Assembly (NCBI GenBank): GCA_963848615.1 | Contig: CAWKEK010000005.1 | Location: forward strand, 48,007 to 112,006 | DNA from: an uncultured Candidatus Babeliaceae bacterium | GTDB taxonomy: Bacteria > Babelota > Babeliae > Babelales > Babelaceae | DNA: 64,000 nt | Direction of reading: 5' to 3' | In this document: one piece after another, positions 38,855 through 49,565 of the stretch | How positions within the stretch are numbered: the stretch's first letter is position 1 | How the letters are laid out: every line of letters starts with the position of its first letter | The notes under the pieces: model-generated | The model's input: only the letters and a program-made list of their open reading frames with translations | What the model was told of the DNA's origin: nothing | Database searches by the model: none | Program-made: the position numbers and the translations under genes

Positions 38855-40148
38855 AACAATCATCATATGGCGCAGGGGTGTTTTACGATCGTCGACGTAA
38901 AGAATTAGTCGATGCTTGTAAAACAGCAAAATCCAACATTAAAAAATGGCGCGATCATGTTGCTTGCAGGTTTTGAAGATGGCAAGCACACTTTTAGACA
39001 AGAGAGCTCATTTTATTACTATACGGGCTTAACTGAGCCAGGATTAGTATTAGTTATTGAATTTTCTGGTAAATCGCGCTTATTTATTCCTGCATATGCG
39101 ACACCGCGTTCAGACTGGTTAGTCGAAGAAGTAGTTGCCACAAAAGAATGCGCCCAAAAATTTTCACTCAGTGACGTAACTTACTTAGGCAAACCACAGC
39201 GTGGTTACGAGCCAAATTTATTGGCGGGTGCTGAACAGTATGAAGAACTTGTCTGCTTATATTAAAAATATAATCAATGCTGGTGGTAACATCTGCATGC
39301 CCTACGCACATCACACACGCTCTATTTTATATCCTGTTTTTTTAATGCATATGCAGCAATTTGTTGCCTGCTTTCGTGAATCATGTGCATGATGTCAGTT
39401 ACCTATGGCCGTACAACGGTCACATAAAAATAAATTTGAAATCGAAACTGATGTATAAAGCGGTTGAGTTAACCATGGTTGCTCAAGAAGCTGCGGCAAC
39501 GGTTATTCAGCCTGGTGTAAAAGAATCGCTTATTAAAGCTGGCATCGAATATATCTTTGCGGAATCTGGTGGCACTCCTGCGTTTCCATCGATTGTTGCA
39601 GCAGGTAAAAATACTACTATACTCCATTATCATGGTGGTGATGTTGCTATTAAGCCCAACGAACTGGTAGTGGTTGATATTGGTGCAGAATACGATTACT
39701 ATTGCGCAGATATTACACGTACCTACCCAGCATCTGGGACATTCACCAAGCGTCAACGTGAGGTGTATGAGGCCGTTCTTGCGACGCATGAATATATTGC
39801 AAGCATAGCTAAACCAGGCTTGTGGCTTAAAAACCCAGATAAACCGAAAGAATCGTTACACCATTTGGCAGTTGCGCATTTGGAAAAGAAAGGGCTTCGC
39901 CAAATACTTTAAACATGGCATTGGCCACTATTTAGGCCTGGATGTGCATGATGTGGGTGATTACACGTCGGCCGCTTGAAGAGGGCAATGTTTTTACTAT
40001 TGAACCGGGCATTTATATTCCAGAAGAAAAAATCGGCATCAGAATAGAAGATGATTACTGGGTTGTTGCTGATGGCGTTGAATGCTTATGTGCGGAACTC
40101 CCGCGTGATGCTGAATCTATCCAAGAGATGGCGCGTGCGAGTCATTGA
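38851..40148 (+). pseudogene. pepP: Xaa-Pro aminopeptidase (M24B), several frameshifts; start approximate
   Basis: FRQESSFYYYTG, VVVDIGAEYDYYCADITRTYP, HGIGHYLGLDVHDVG, FTIEPGIYIPEEKIGIRIEDD spread over at least 4 frames. Confidence 0.75.
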
Positions 40149-40205
40149 TGATGAAGACGAAGATGAGAAGAAGATTACGAATAATATAGGTAAGAAAGTC
40201 CTGTT

Positions 40206-40608
40206 GTGAAAAAGTTACTCATAGTTTTAGCATCACTCATAGCGTCACCATTGTTTGCAGATGAACTTAATGAAAAGCAGAAAGAAGCTATCGTTACTGC
40301 TTACCAAGTCACGAGTGCAGGTGCAATGGTATATGGTGTTGGAAGACACTATTAAAAGATTGAAAAATCCTGAATCTCGTCAATTATATGATGCACTTGT
40401 TAGCACGTATCAATCATATTTACAGACGTTTGAGCCTAAAAAATCTGGAGTAAATCGATTCTTTAAAATGTCATGTTTCAAAGCAATCGAAAGCTGCCGC
40501 CAACTTGCTGTTCCTCTTGTAATAACATATTTTGGCACAAGAATGTTTATAGGTTCAATAATCTACAAACAACGAAAAAGTGCTGAACGTGAGCTGCTGA
40601 GGCGTTAG
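40206..40608 (+). CDS. Secreted hypothetical protein (one frameshift near 40330)
   Basis: GTG at 40206 gives the leader VKKLLIVLASLIASPLFA...AIVTAYQVTSAGAMVYG, which then continues in the frame of ORF 40255..40608. Confidence 0.4.
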
Positions 40609-40749
40609 TGCGTCAAGAAGAGTTAGAGCGTAAATATGGATACAGAAAATAATCCTTAATGATCTGTTTATCTGAATTTTTATGCAAAAAAAGGGGCCGT
40701 GTTGGCCTCATGTTTTACTATTATTTTCTTTATCTGTTGAAGTTGCTGT

Positions 40750-41178
40750 TCAAACAATTGCGCTACAGTTTTCTTGAGATTCCGTAAATATCCTTGTGTC
40801 TTTTGCAAGCGCTTTTACTCGTATCTCAGCAATATTGGAAGTAAGCCACAGCGCTGAGCTCGAAGGCTTATTCGGCATATCTTCTGACGAAATGCCAGAT
40901 AGTTTTAATTGGGCATATCGTTCTAAATCAACTCTGTCGCCGCACCCATCGTAAATGGTCTCTAATCTCTCATTATCGCCGCGAGCTTTACTATAAGAAC
41001 GGGCTATGGCGTTAATAAAGCGGCATAGATCTGTGTCAGTTTTTTGTTGAGCCAAAGCCGCAAGAAAGACGTTTCTTGCAGGTGCTGTGCATCGCACACC
41101 GTAAGGCGCTTTAGACCCATAGACCACGTACTTGCGAAAGTCAGAAGCTACTTCTCGTCCTTTAGGTGAAAGTTGCAC
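40750..41178 (-). CDS. Hypothetical protein (may be the C-terminal part of 41199..41543 if a frameshift is present)
   Basis: GTG start. Its frame stays open upstream across the stop codon of the preceding ORF. No leader of its own. Confidence 0.4.
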   Translation of the reverse strand: MQLSPKGREVASDFRKYVVYGSKAPYGVRCTAPARNVFLAALAQQKTDTDLCRFINAIARSYSKARGDNERLETIYDGCGDRVDLERYAQLKLSGISSEDMPNKPSSSALWLTSNIAEIRVKALAKDTRIFTESQENCSAIV

Positions 41179-41198
41179 GCTGTTAGCTGATAATATTT

Positions 41199-41543
41199 CT
41201 AGCGTGTCATCATTTGGGCCAAAAAAAGATTTACTGCAGCAAACTGCTGTGGTTGTGGAAACGTTCTCTTGATGAATTCTTTATATGTTTTATGCTTTCC
41301 AAAACATGGTTCCTTACTTTTAAGTTCGAAGAATCCTTGTGCACCTACGGTGACAAACGTATTGTTTATTGCAGCTAATTCATCTGGAGATAGTTCTTTG
41401 CCGGCTTGACGCAGAATCTTTTCTAGTGCGGGGAAATTGGGATAACCGCCCACAGAATTTTCGAGCGCTCTAAAGCTGCTTTCAAAACAGACAATCTGTT
41501 GAAAAGCAGAAAGTGCAATAAGATAAAGTAAGTGTTTTTTCAT
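41199..41543 (-). CDS. Secreted hypothetical protein
   Basis: Start set at MKKHLLYLIALSAFQQIVCF (ATG at 41543). Confidence 0.45.
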   Translation of the reverse strand: MKKHLLYLIALSAFQQIVCFESSFRALENSVGGYPNFPALEKILRQAGKELSPDELAAINNTFVTVGAQGFFELKSKEPCFGKHKTYKEFIKRTFPQPQQFAAVNLFLAQMMTR

Positions 41544-41695
41544 GAAGATGTCCTTGCAAAATAAAGATTGTTTAAAAAAATAGCTCGATACAAGATACAA
41601 TTTTTTTAAACAATCATCAATTTTTAGAGCAGTTTTTTGATACAATAATCGTTTTGAAAATAACATGAAATTTAATTTTGCCCGTTGGGCGCTGT

Positions 41696-42178
41696 CTATG
41701 CGTTACTGCTGTTTTCATTTCTACCGCTGCGCTTAATTAAAATAACACTGTCTATAAATTCATTATGTAATTTTGATGCGATATTTTTTGGAAAACCCTT
41801 TTCTTCAAATTCAGCTGCTGAAGGAAGCGTACTATTTACTATATGATCCAAAACAAAATCATTTAATTTAAGACCTTCTTTTTTAGCTTGTTCATTGTTA
41901 TAACCATTGTTTTTTAACGTAGAGACGATTATATTAGCGAATTCCTTTTGTACAAGACCGATTGCTTTATCAAGATCAGCATCTGGTATAGGACCGTTTG
42001 TATCAAGATCATCAACTAGGAATCCTATTAAATCATTTATTGTGGGTGGAACCAAAACATGACTATCTGTTGCATCAAAACCTTTGACTTTCTCAACAGG
42101 TCTGTATGCGGATTTTCGTGGCATGCTGTGGCATTGGCTCGCACATAGTAATGCGAATAAAAGAAATTTAGTCTTCAT
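41696..42178 (-). CDS. Secreted hypothetical protein
   Basis: Leader MKTKFLLFALLCASQCHS. Confidence 0.55.
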   Translation of the reverse strand: MKTKFLLFALLCASQCHSMPRKSAYRPVEKVKGFDATDSHVLVPPTINDLIGFLVDDLDTNGPIPDADLDKAIGLVQKEFANIIVSTLKNNGYNNEQAKKEGLKLNDFVLDHIVNSTLPSAAEFEEKGFPKNIASKLHNEFIDSVILIKRSGRNENSSNA

Positions 42179-42288
42179 AGTAAAATCAATCTGTTAAGGT
42201 TATACGATTTGAAAGTATAATTTTAACGTTTTTTTATGCGTATATCAATAAAATATCTTTAATATAAAAAGATTTTTAGTAAATAGTT

Positions 42289-42744
42289 TTAAGTGAGTTT
42301 ACTTTTCTTTGGTGAAGAAAAATACCAGTACGTTCCTTTGGCAATAATTACCGGTTTTGAAAGCATACTGATATAAAATTTTTTATCATATGCTTGAACG
42401 GCTTTTTCAAAGGTAGGAAGCACGTTAAAAGCCCGTATTTTTGCCGTGTTTCCCTGCCTAATTGCTTGTAATGTTTCACCTAATGTTCTTACCGGTTCTT
42501 TTTTCGATTCGAGTAAGACCGGCAGATGCGTATCGACCCATTGAGTAAAAGAGAGGCTTGGAACTTTGCCATCTTTCAAAAGTGATTTTATTTCTTCAAT
42601 AATTGCACGTTCTTTTTTACTGGCAAGCTCTTTTTGTTGTACCGTTGCTGTAGTGACACTGTTTTTTGCAAGCGTTGCGCATGAAATTTTTTGTGAAAAT
42701 AAAAGTGAACTTGCCAGAGCTACAAGAATTTTTTTATTTTGCAT
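42289..42744 (-). CDS. Secreted protein, paralogue of 42734..43144
   Basis: MQNKKILVALASSLLF leader. Shared core (EEIKSLLKDGKVPSLSFTQWVDTHLPVLLES.KEPV versus AEFKTILKEGSVPEVSIRHWIKNRFPVLLRSPKEKV). Confidence 0.55.
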   Translation of the reverse strand: MQNKKILVALASSLLFSQKISCATLAKNSVTTATVQQKELASKKERAIIEEIKSLLKDGKVPSLSFTQWVDTHLPVLLESKKEPVRTLGETLQAIRQGNTAKIRAFNVLPTFEKAVQAYDKKFYISMLSKPVIIAKGTYWYFSSPKKSKLT

Positions 42745-43144
42745 TACTATCTCCACCAGAAATGAACCACTGTGTGCCTTTAACTAAAGCTCGAGCACTT
42801 TCATACCACGATAAAGAAAAATCGTTATGATGTTCTTTTACTGCGCCAATTATTGTTGGAACTGCCTGCGCGCCGTTAATGGATAAAATTTCACCGCTGT
42901 CGACTTTTTCTAAAAGTTCCCCGGCCTGCTTAACTTTTTCTTTTGGGGATCGCAAAAGAACGGGAAAGCGATTTTTTATCCAATGTCTAATAGAAACCTC
43001 AGGCACAGAGCCTTCTTTGAGTATGGTTTTAAATTCTGCAATAACAGACTCTTCCGAATGTACGGTCTCTAGTGGCTGTGTGTTTTCAGAACAGTATAAT
43101 TTCAAACTTATAAAGAGCAGTATACTTGAAATTTTTTTTACCAT
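42734..43144 (-). CDS. Secreted protein, paralogue of 42289..42744
   Basis: MVKKISSILLFISLKLYC leader. Overlaps the downstream paralogue start by 11 nt. Confidence 0.55.
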   Translation of the reverse strand: MVKKISSILLFISLKLYCSENTQPLETVHSEESVIAEFKTILKEGSVPEVSIRHWIKNRFPVLLRSPKEKVKQAGELLEKVDSGEILSINGAQAVPTIIGAVKEHHNDFSLSWYESARALVKGTQWFISGGDSNAK

Positions 43145-43285
43145 TATGTACTCCATTAAAAACTATTTTTATAGTTTGATTGTAATAAATAATAATAATA
43201 GAAAACAATGGTTACGGTTTTTTGCTCGATATTCTTAGACCCTTCGACCAGACTTTCAGTCATCGCTCTGGGCAAGCGGTGAGGG

Positions 43286-44890
43286 TTACCGTTTTTTGCG
43301 CATGGTTGCGCGTAAAATAAGTAAACTTGTCGTCACAAAAAAAGCAGTAAATAAACTTATGCACAGGGTAAATAAATAAGAATATGTTGTGGGTAGTATG
43401 CTTATCACTAAAAATCCCGCAAGCGAGCCAAGTAATGCATTCGATGCATAGCTAACTTGGGTACGCACATGATCAAGATGGTAACAGCCGGCAGAAAAGG
43501 ACGTCATGATCATGACGTCACTAATGGGTGAAAAGTGGCTACCTGCAACAGCGCCAGAAAAAAGCGCGCCAAGCAGCGGATACAGATTAGTTAAAAAAGT
43601 TGGCGAGCCAACAGCAATATTATAATACAGGGGAACCGTGATGGGTAGCATCAGCGCGATAGTTCCCCATACCGAGCCAGTTGAGGCCGATATAACGGTA
43701 CATAACATAAAGATAATAGCGGGCAAAAAGGCAACAGAAAGATCTGCTGGTAACAGTGAAGCTAAGTAGCTACCCGTTTGCAAATCGTTTTTGAGCAACG
43801 TGCTTAATGTCCAGGCAAATAAAAGTATTAATAATGAATTTTTCATAAACATAAAACCATTATAGCATGCTATAAAAACATAATCTGTTTGTTGGGGGTT
43901 GTGGTAAAGAAATAATGCTGTGGTTAAACAGACGGCTAAAAAACTTGCTATAAAAAGTGACCAAAAGGGGTCAGCCTGTTGAAGCGTTAGCATAAAGGGG
44001 GCAGTGCCACCAAGAAGCTTACTATTGCCTGAATACAAGACAGCCGTAATAAAAGAGCCAATAAACGTAGCAATTGGGACAATAAAATCTAACAGTGTCC
44101 CCTTAAATTGTTCACCCACTCCTGCCTGCCCAAGGGGCACCTTGCCGCCATAAAGATTGCCCGTTTGTTCAGCTGTATGTTCAAAATCAGCCATGGCGCC
44201 ATAAGAAAGTCCATAAGAAACAGTAACCCAGGCAGAAAAAACAATTAAAAGAGGATACAGAAGGTAGGGTATACAGGCAAGATAGACAAACAAAGGGTCG
44301 TCTTTAACCAACGATCCTACGTGGTCAACCGGTGATATACCAGAAGCTTGCATTTGTGCCAAAATAAAGGCAACCCAGCTGCTTGCAGGAACAAGCATAC
44401 ACAGTGGCCCGCTCATCGAATCGAGTAAAAAGGCAAGTTTAGCCCGAGCTATTTTGAAATGGTCGGTTACCGGGCGCATAATGGCGCCAACAGTAAGGTT
44501 GTTCACATAGTCATCGATAAAAAGGGTACTTGAAAGCATCAGTGACGTCTGCTGTGCCGCTCGGGCCGTTTTTATAAACTGTAATAAAAAGTTTGTATAG
44601 GCCCTGATGCCCCCCGAGTGGTTCATGAGCTGTATCAGTACCCCCAGAAGTATTAAAAAACTGAACGTATAGACATGGTCTAGGCAACTTCCGGTAATAA
44701 GTCCTGCAATATGGGTTTCTTCTATAATTCTTTGGATTGCAAGGCTGATGGTGGCAACCGGGGCAAAATGTGTGGCAATGGCAGTTGCCATTAAAACGCC
44801 TCCAGCAAGGGATAGGAGTACATTACGCGTTATGATAGTGACCACGATCACGGCAAGGGGTGGCAGCACGGTTAACCAAGAATATGACAT
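43286..44890 (-). CDS. nhaC: NhaC-family Na+/H+ antiporter-like membrane transporter
   Basis: 534 aa and polytopic. N-terminal LTVLPPLAVIVVTIITRNVLLSLAGGVL is typical of the family. Confidence 0.7.
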   Translation of the reverse strand: MSYSWLTVLPPLAVIVVTIITRNVLLSLAGGVLMATAIATHFAPVATISLAIQRIIEETHIAGLITGSCLDHVYTFSFLILLGVLIQLMNHSGGIRAYTNFLLQFIKTARAAQQTSLMLSSTLFIDDYVNNLTVGAIMRPVTDHFKIARAKLAFLLDSMSGPLCMLVPASSWVAFILAQMQASGISPVDHVGSLVKDDPLFVYLACIPYLLYPLLIVFSAWVTVSYGLSYGAMADFEHTAEQTGNLYGGKVPLGQAGVGEQFKGTLLDFIVPIATFIGSFITAVLYSGNSKLLGGTAPFMLTLQQADPFWSLFIASFLAVCLTTALFLYHNPQQTDYVFIACYNGFMFMKNSLLILLFAWTLSTLLKNDLQTGSYLASLLPADLSVAFLPAIIFMLCTVISASTGSVWGTIALMLPITVPLYYNIAVGSPTFLTNLYPLLGALFSGAVAGSHFSPISDVMIMTSFSAGCYHLDHVRTQVSYASNALLGSLAGFLVISILPTTYSYLFTLCISLFTAFFVTTSLLILRATMRKKR

Positions 44891-45004
44891 AAAAACCCTT
44901 TTAGGATTTGACTGAAAGGCACATTTTTACTACAGTGAGTAATACCCACGTAAGTTTTTAAGCAGTATATCATAAAGTAGCATAAGTTTTTATAGGTATT
45001 TAAT

Positions 45005-45439
45005 ATGGACATGAATAAAACGTATTTTCTTCGCAGCGAAAAACACACCCCAACATGGCGTGTTATTGATGCTAAGGGCAAAGTTGTAGGCCGTCTTGCA
45101 ACTGAAATTGCTGATATTCTGCGTGGCAAAGACACGGCTCAGTATACTCCGCATGCTGATTCAGGCGACTACGTAATTGTAGTTAATGCTGATAAAGTAG
45201 TTTTTACCGGTAATAAACTAAAAGGTAAAACCTATGAGTGGTACACCGGTTATATGGGCGGTCTTAAATCTCTTACTGCTGAACAGATGATGGCGCGCAA
45301 ACCAGAAGAAGTTATTATGAAGGCCGTTAAAGGCATGCTTCCTAAAACTAAACTTGCTGATGCCGTTATTAAAAAATTAAAAGTATACGCTGGTGCGGAA
45401 CATCCACACCAAGCACAAGTAGCTGCAAAAGTTGCTTAA
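45005..45439 (+). CDS. rplM: 50S ribosomal protein L13
   Basis: TWRVIDAKGKVVGRLATEIADILRGK..., YTGYMGGLK. Confidence 0.93.
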   Translation: MDMNKTYFLRSEKHTPTWRVIDAKGKVVGRLATEIADILRGKDTAQYTPHADSGDYVIVVNADKVVFTGNKLKGKTYEWYTGYMGGLKSLTAEQMMARKPEEVIMKAVKGMLPKTKLADAVIKKLKVYAGAEHPHQAQVAAKVA

Positions 45440-45460
45440 GCTTCTTAAGAATATAAAAAA

Positions 45461-45493
45461 GCCTCGAATCAATCACGATTCGGGGCTTTTTTT
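45461..45493. terminator. Bidirectional terminator after rplM
   Basis: GCCTCGAATC-AATCAC-GATTCGGGGC followed by T7 and preceded by A6. Confidence 0.75.
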
Positions 45494-45510
45494 ATAGTTA
45501 TTTGATAGTA

Positions 45511-46810
45511 TTAATCTTCGCGTTTTCTTTTTTCGCGGCCAGAGTCTAATGCCACCTGTGCGCGGGTAAGGTCTTCAGGTAAAACATCAGCTGCTGGCTG
45601 TTCGGTTACTTTTTTGTAGAGCTCAAATGCGACCTGTTGTGGATTTGATACTGTCGGTGGCACCCCTTCACCACGCAGGTACATGCCGGCAAGGTTAACG
45701 CGTGCTCTGTTGCGTGTTGTGGCTTTGGTTTGCGCGGGGTCAGCAGCAATAATTTGTCCGTATATCTTTGCGGCTTTTTGAAAATCCGGTCCCTCTGCCT
45801 GGCCACCCTTGGGATAACCGTTGGGCAAAATCAAGGCGAATGTCATTAAATGTTAACATGCTTGGCTCAAGCGATTCTGGGTGCTTCTCTATAAACTCGT
45901 TGTAATTGCGTATGATACTGTTAAATGCATTGGCGATTCGTTGCGAATCATTACCACTTGCTGTGTAGCGTAAAAGTTGTGCTTTAAAGAGTATTTCAGG
46001 TAATACATCACGGGCATTTTGGAGAATATACTTTATAACTCTTAAACAAGCCTCTAGATCAGGCTTATTGTCTGGTACATTAACACCCTCATAAAGTTTA
46101 CGCGCATAATCAAAAAGATATTCATAAACCAGCGCAAGGTCATCAATACATGTGTCCTTTTCTTGTTGATTCATATGGTTAAGCGCAATAAACATATCGT
46201 TATAAATTTCTGTTATTTTAGCCTTTTGATAAGTAAAGATATCGGGCTGGGCATTGGCCAATTTTGCGGCTAAAAAGGCTGCCCTAAAACGTTGTGCATC
46301 TGATGGCTTCAAGTCTGGTCTGAAAATTGCGTTGATGTTGTCCATGGCTGTGGTAAACTTTGATTCGTTAAACATTATTTCTGCAGATAATAAAAGCGCG
46401 TTCACAAGGTCACTTTTTTCTCTCTTTTCATCAGGCGCCCCTATAACCTTGTTCAAAAGCTTGACGGCTGACGTTATGGTACGTTCATACGTATCATCCT
46501 CTTCAAACCGTGCTTTTTCAAAAAGTAATTCTGCTTTGTGGAGCATAGCCTTAAAACGAAGCTGTTGGCTTATGGGTGCTGCCGTTCCGATGATATCATT
46601 GTAAAGATCGAGTGCCTTTTCAAAACGAGCTTGAGCAGTTCTTTCATCAGCGTACATATAGTCCGTTTTTTCGCGATCTGCCTCCTCAAGCAGGCTGGTA
46701 AACTCTTCTTGAGCATTAATTTCAGAAACGTCTAAGCAGAACAAAGCGCTTGTCTGGACAGCAAGGGCCAGAACGATACCGATTATAAAAAATATTTTTA
46801 CTGCCTTCAC
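45511..46810 (-). CDS. Secreted helical-repeat protein with C-terminal Sel1-like repeat (one frameshift near 45835-45850)
   Basis: Leader IFFIIGIVLALAVQTSA. TPR-like helical repeats. After the shift, FQKAAKIYGQIIA...NLAGMYLRGEGV is Sel1-like. Confidence 0.6.
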
Positions 46811-46905
46811 CGGAACCCCTTTTTATTTTTTTATAGTTAATCTATTACTTTAATAGTATCTATAGATTATTTTTGAAATGATAGATTTTTCTGGTAATTA
46901 GTTTT

Positions 46906-46931
46906 AAAAAGGGGGGCAGATCTCTTGCCCC
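46906..46931 (-). terminator. Rho-independent terminator after 46942..47419
   Basis: On the minus strand, GGGGCA-AGAGATC-TGCCCC followed by a C/T run (CCTTTTT). Confidence 0.65.
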
Positions 46932-46941
46932 TTGAAGATAA

Positions 46942-47419
46942 TTAAATGGTCGGTTGGCCCATTTCAGCAAGGCGCATGATAGCGGTAGTATTAAGGCCAT
47001 GGGCATAATGGGTTGGTGCCTGTGCTATTTTTCTATAGATCTTTATGGCGTCCTTCTTTTTGCCAGCATCTCGTAACGCATCAGCTTTTTTTAAATCAGC
47101 ATCTAATGCATTGGCCTTCTTGAGCATGCTTTCTTGGCTAAAGTGCCCATTGACAACCATCATCTGCATATATTTGGCTGCTTTGTGGCTAATTTCTGGA
47201 TACCCCTTTTAATTCAGCAAGCCTTGAAAATGCATAATAGGCGTAGTCATATCTCTTTTTGTTATAGAGCTTTATAGCCCTTTTAAGTTCATAGGCATGG
47301 ACTGCATGCATATCTTTGAACGTGGTCGTATTTTTTGAACTATTGTAAACTGGCGCAGCTTCACGCGCATTCAGCCCAGTAAGAGCTAAACAGATAACGT
47401 TGATTATGATTTTTTTCAT
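46942..47419 (-). CDS. Secreted TPR-like protein (one frameshift in the C4T4 run at 47204-47210)
   Basis: Leader MKKIIINVICLALTGLNA. ...YAFSRLAELKG joins to (Y)PEISHKAAKYMQMM...AIKIYRKIAQ when one base is corrected. Confidence 0.5.
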
Positions 47420-47585
47420 AAAAATTCTTCATGTTGAAATGGTTTTTTACTCTCTTACTGTATCAAATAACGTTTTAAAAGCCAGGAATTTTTTCTTTAA
47501 TTATTAAATATATTGATTTATGAGCTTTTAATTAATTATAATTAAAGTAATAGATTAAATAATTAATTGTAGTGGAGATAGTATA

Positions 47586-48512
47586 ATGAAGAATTCTTTG
47601 TCTATGAATGCGCGCTTAGCGTTATTGAGTACACTTTTTACCCTCACATGTTTTACTCATTTTGAGGTTTCGGCTCTGGAACCAATGAATACGTATAAAG
47701 GGCAGGCGATTACTCCGCAAAATATTTTAGAGTTGGCGCCAAAAATTCCTGCAGAAATCGATAAAATGGCACAAGATTGGCTCCTACAAAGGCCGGATCT
47801 TTTATATGTCTTTTCAGGAGAAACTTATTATAATCTTATACCATTCTATAATAAAGCCCCTTTTGCTATTAATTTTGGCAATTTAGACGCGCAATCGAAG
47901 AGCTTTCTTGAATTAATGCGGATGGCGTTAGAGCGCGGTGGTATCAAATTTCCACCATCCGGGCAGGGCTATAGCGCTATGTTGCAGAACTTTACCTTGC
48001 CTATTAACCCAAAGTGGTACCTTAAAGTCAGTGGTTTTTTCAATCGCAGAGCAAACATACAACATGAGATGGGCAAAAATAATCGTGATCTAGAATTCCC
48101 ACAAGAACTTTTAGAACAATTTATAACAAAATATGGCAAAGTAACGTACCAAACAATAAGCCGTTTAGCCTATTGGTTACGTGTTAAAGAGGCTATAGAA
48201 AGATTTAAGTTAGATCGTATTGGGTTATTGCAAAAATATCTTGTTCATATACCTGGAAGACCAACTGACGTTAATGATATGAACTATGTGATTATAGAAG
48301 AAAATGTAGCAGATTCTAAGTTTATGAATGAGACAGATATTTTAAAGGATCCAGAAGCCAAACGCCAATTTGATAAAGTTTATGAATATGCAAACATGTG
48401 GGATCCAACACCTCAGAACTATAAAGTTAAAGATAATAAAATATATTTTATTGATATAGAACAGGCTAATGCTCAGCCACCAAGCAATTTCTTTCTTAAA
48501 GATAAGAGTTAA
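47586..48512 (+). CDS. Secreted atypical kinase-like protein, tandem paralogue 1
   Basis: Leader LALLSTLFTLTCFTHFEVSA. Blocks WYLKVSGFFNRRANIQHEMG, TYQTISRLAYWL, KYLVHIPGRP, NYVIIEEN, MWDPTPQNYKV, FIDIEQAN..PSNFF. Confidence 0.65.
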   Translation: MKNSLSMNARLALLSTLFTLTCFTHFEVSALEPMNTYKGQAITPQNILELAPKIPAEIDKMAQDWLLQRPDLLYVFSGETYYNLIPFYNKAPFAINFGNLDAQSKSFLELMRMALERGGIKFPPSGQGYSAMLQNFTLPINPKWYLKVSGFFNRRANIQHEMGKNNRDLEFPQELLEQFITKYGKVTYQTISRLAYWLRVKEAIERFKLDRIGLLQKYLVHIPGRPTDVNDMNYVIIEENVADSKFMNETDILKDPEAKRQFDKVYEYANMWDPTPQNYKVKDNKIYFIDIEQANAQPPSNFFLKDKS

Positions 48513-48535
48513 TAGAAGCTCTTGGGGATGAGCAT

Positions 48536-49486
48536 ATGAATCGCTTCAGGTCTATTAAAATCTTGGTTACAACGGCGATCATGCTTTCTTGCCCTCTTGG
48601 AGCAACATTGTCCGATATCGCTTGTAGTTTTACCTATAAGGGTCAGCTCATGACTGCGGACAACATTCTCAAGCTTTCACCAAAAGTTCCTGAAAAATTA
48701 AAGCGTCAAGTGCAAAGTTTTTTGAGATCAAAGCCTGATCTAATCGAACTTTTTTCTGGCCAGAGCTTTTATAAAAAATTGCCTGGGCATGACAAAGCGC
48801 CCTTTGCTTTTAATTTTAACCAGATCGATGCTTCTATGAAGGCTTATTTAGAAGATATGGCAATAAAAATAGCGCACGCAGATGCTGGAATTCAGATTCC
48901 ATCAAGTGGGCCAGGAAGATATAATCGCGCACTTTCAAATTTCACAGTTTTTATGGGCCCAGACTGGGTTATCAAATCAAGTGGTTTTTTAAACCGTCGA
49001 GCAAATATTTTGCATGAAGTCGGCATGGACAACCGTGACCCTGAATTGCCACAGGAAAAGCTCGATGCCTTTATACAAGATTTCGGACCGAGAACCTATC
49101 AAACAATAAGCCGTATGCCCTATTGGCTCATGGTAAAAGAAGGTATTAAAAAATTTAAGCTTAATCGTATTAAGTTACCAAAAATGTATTTAGTTCACAT
49201 TCCCGGCAGGCCAACGCAGGTAAGTGACAGTAACTATGTTATTGTTGAAGAAAATATCGGCGGCGTATTATCTGGTGGTGAACGCTACGTTACGCAGACT
49301 AAAATTATGAAAGACCCAGAAGTAAAGCGTCAGTATGAGATACTACAAAAATATGCGGCCTTGTGGGATAACAGCGCTGCAAATTATCATGTTAAAGGCG
49401 GTATACTGTACCCGGTCGATACAGAACAGCCAAATAACCAAAAGCCAAGCAATTTCTTTTGGAAACAGCAAGCGAAAATTTCATAA
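48536..49486 (+). CDS. Secreted atypical kinase-like protein, tandem paralogue 2
   Basis: WVIKSSGFLNRRANILHEVG, TYQTISRMPYWL, MYLVHIPGRP, NYVIVEEN, LWDNSAANYHV, PVDTEQPN..PSNFF. Confidence 0.65.
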   Translation: MNRFRSIKILVTTAIMLSCPLGATLSDIACSFTYKGQLMTADNILKLSPKVPEKLKRQVQSFLRSKPDLIELFSGQSFYKKLPGHDKAPFAFNFNQIDASMKAYLEDMAIKIAHADAGIQIPSSGPGRYNRALSNFTVFMGPDWVIKSSGFLNRRANILHEVGMDNRDPELPQEKLDAFIQDFGPRTYQTISRMPYWLMVKEGIKKFKLNRIKLPKMYLVHIPGRPTQVSDSNYVIVEENIGGVLSGGERYVTQTKIMKDPEVKRQYEILQKYAALWDNSAANYHVKGGILYPVDTEQPNNQKPSNFFWKQQAKIS

Positions 49487-49565
49487 CTCTTTTTTTTAAC
49501 ATTTTTAGAGTTAAAGATAGCGTCTAACCCGATTGTGTGGTATAAATAGAGCTGTTTTGTAAAAA

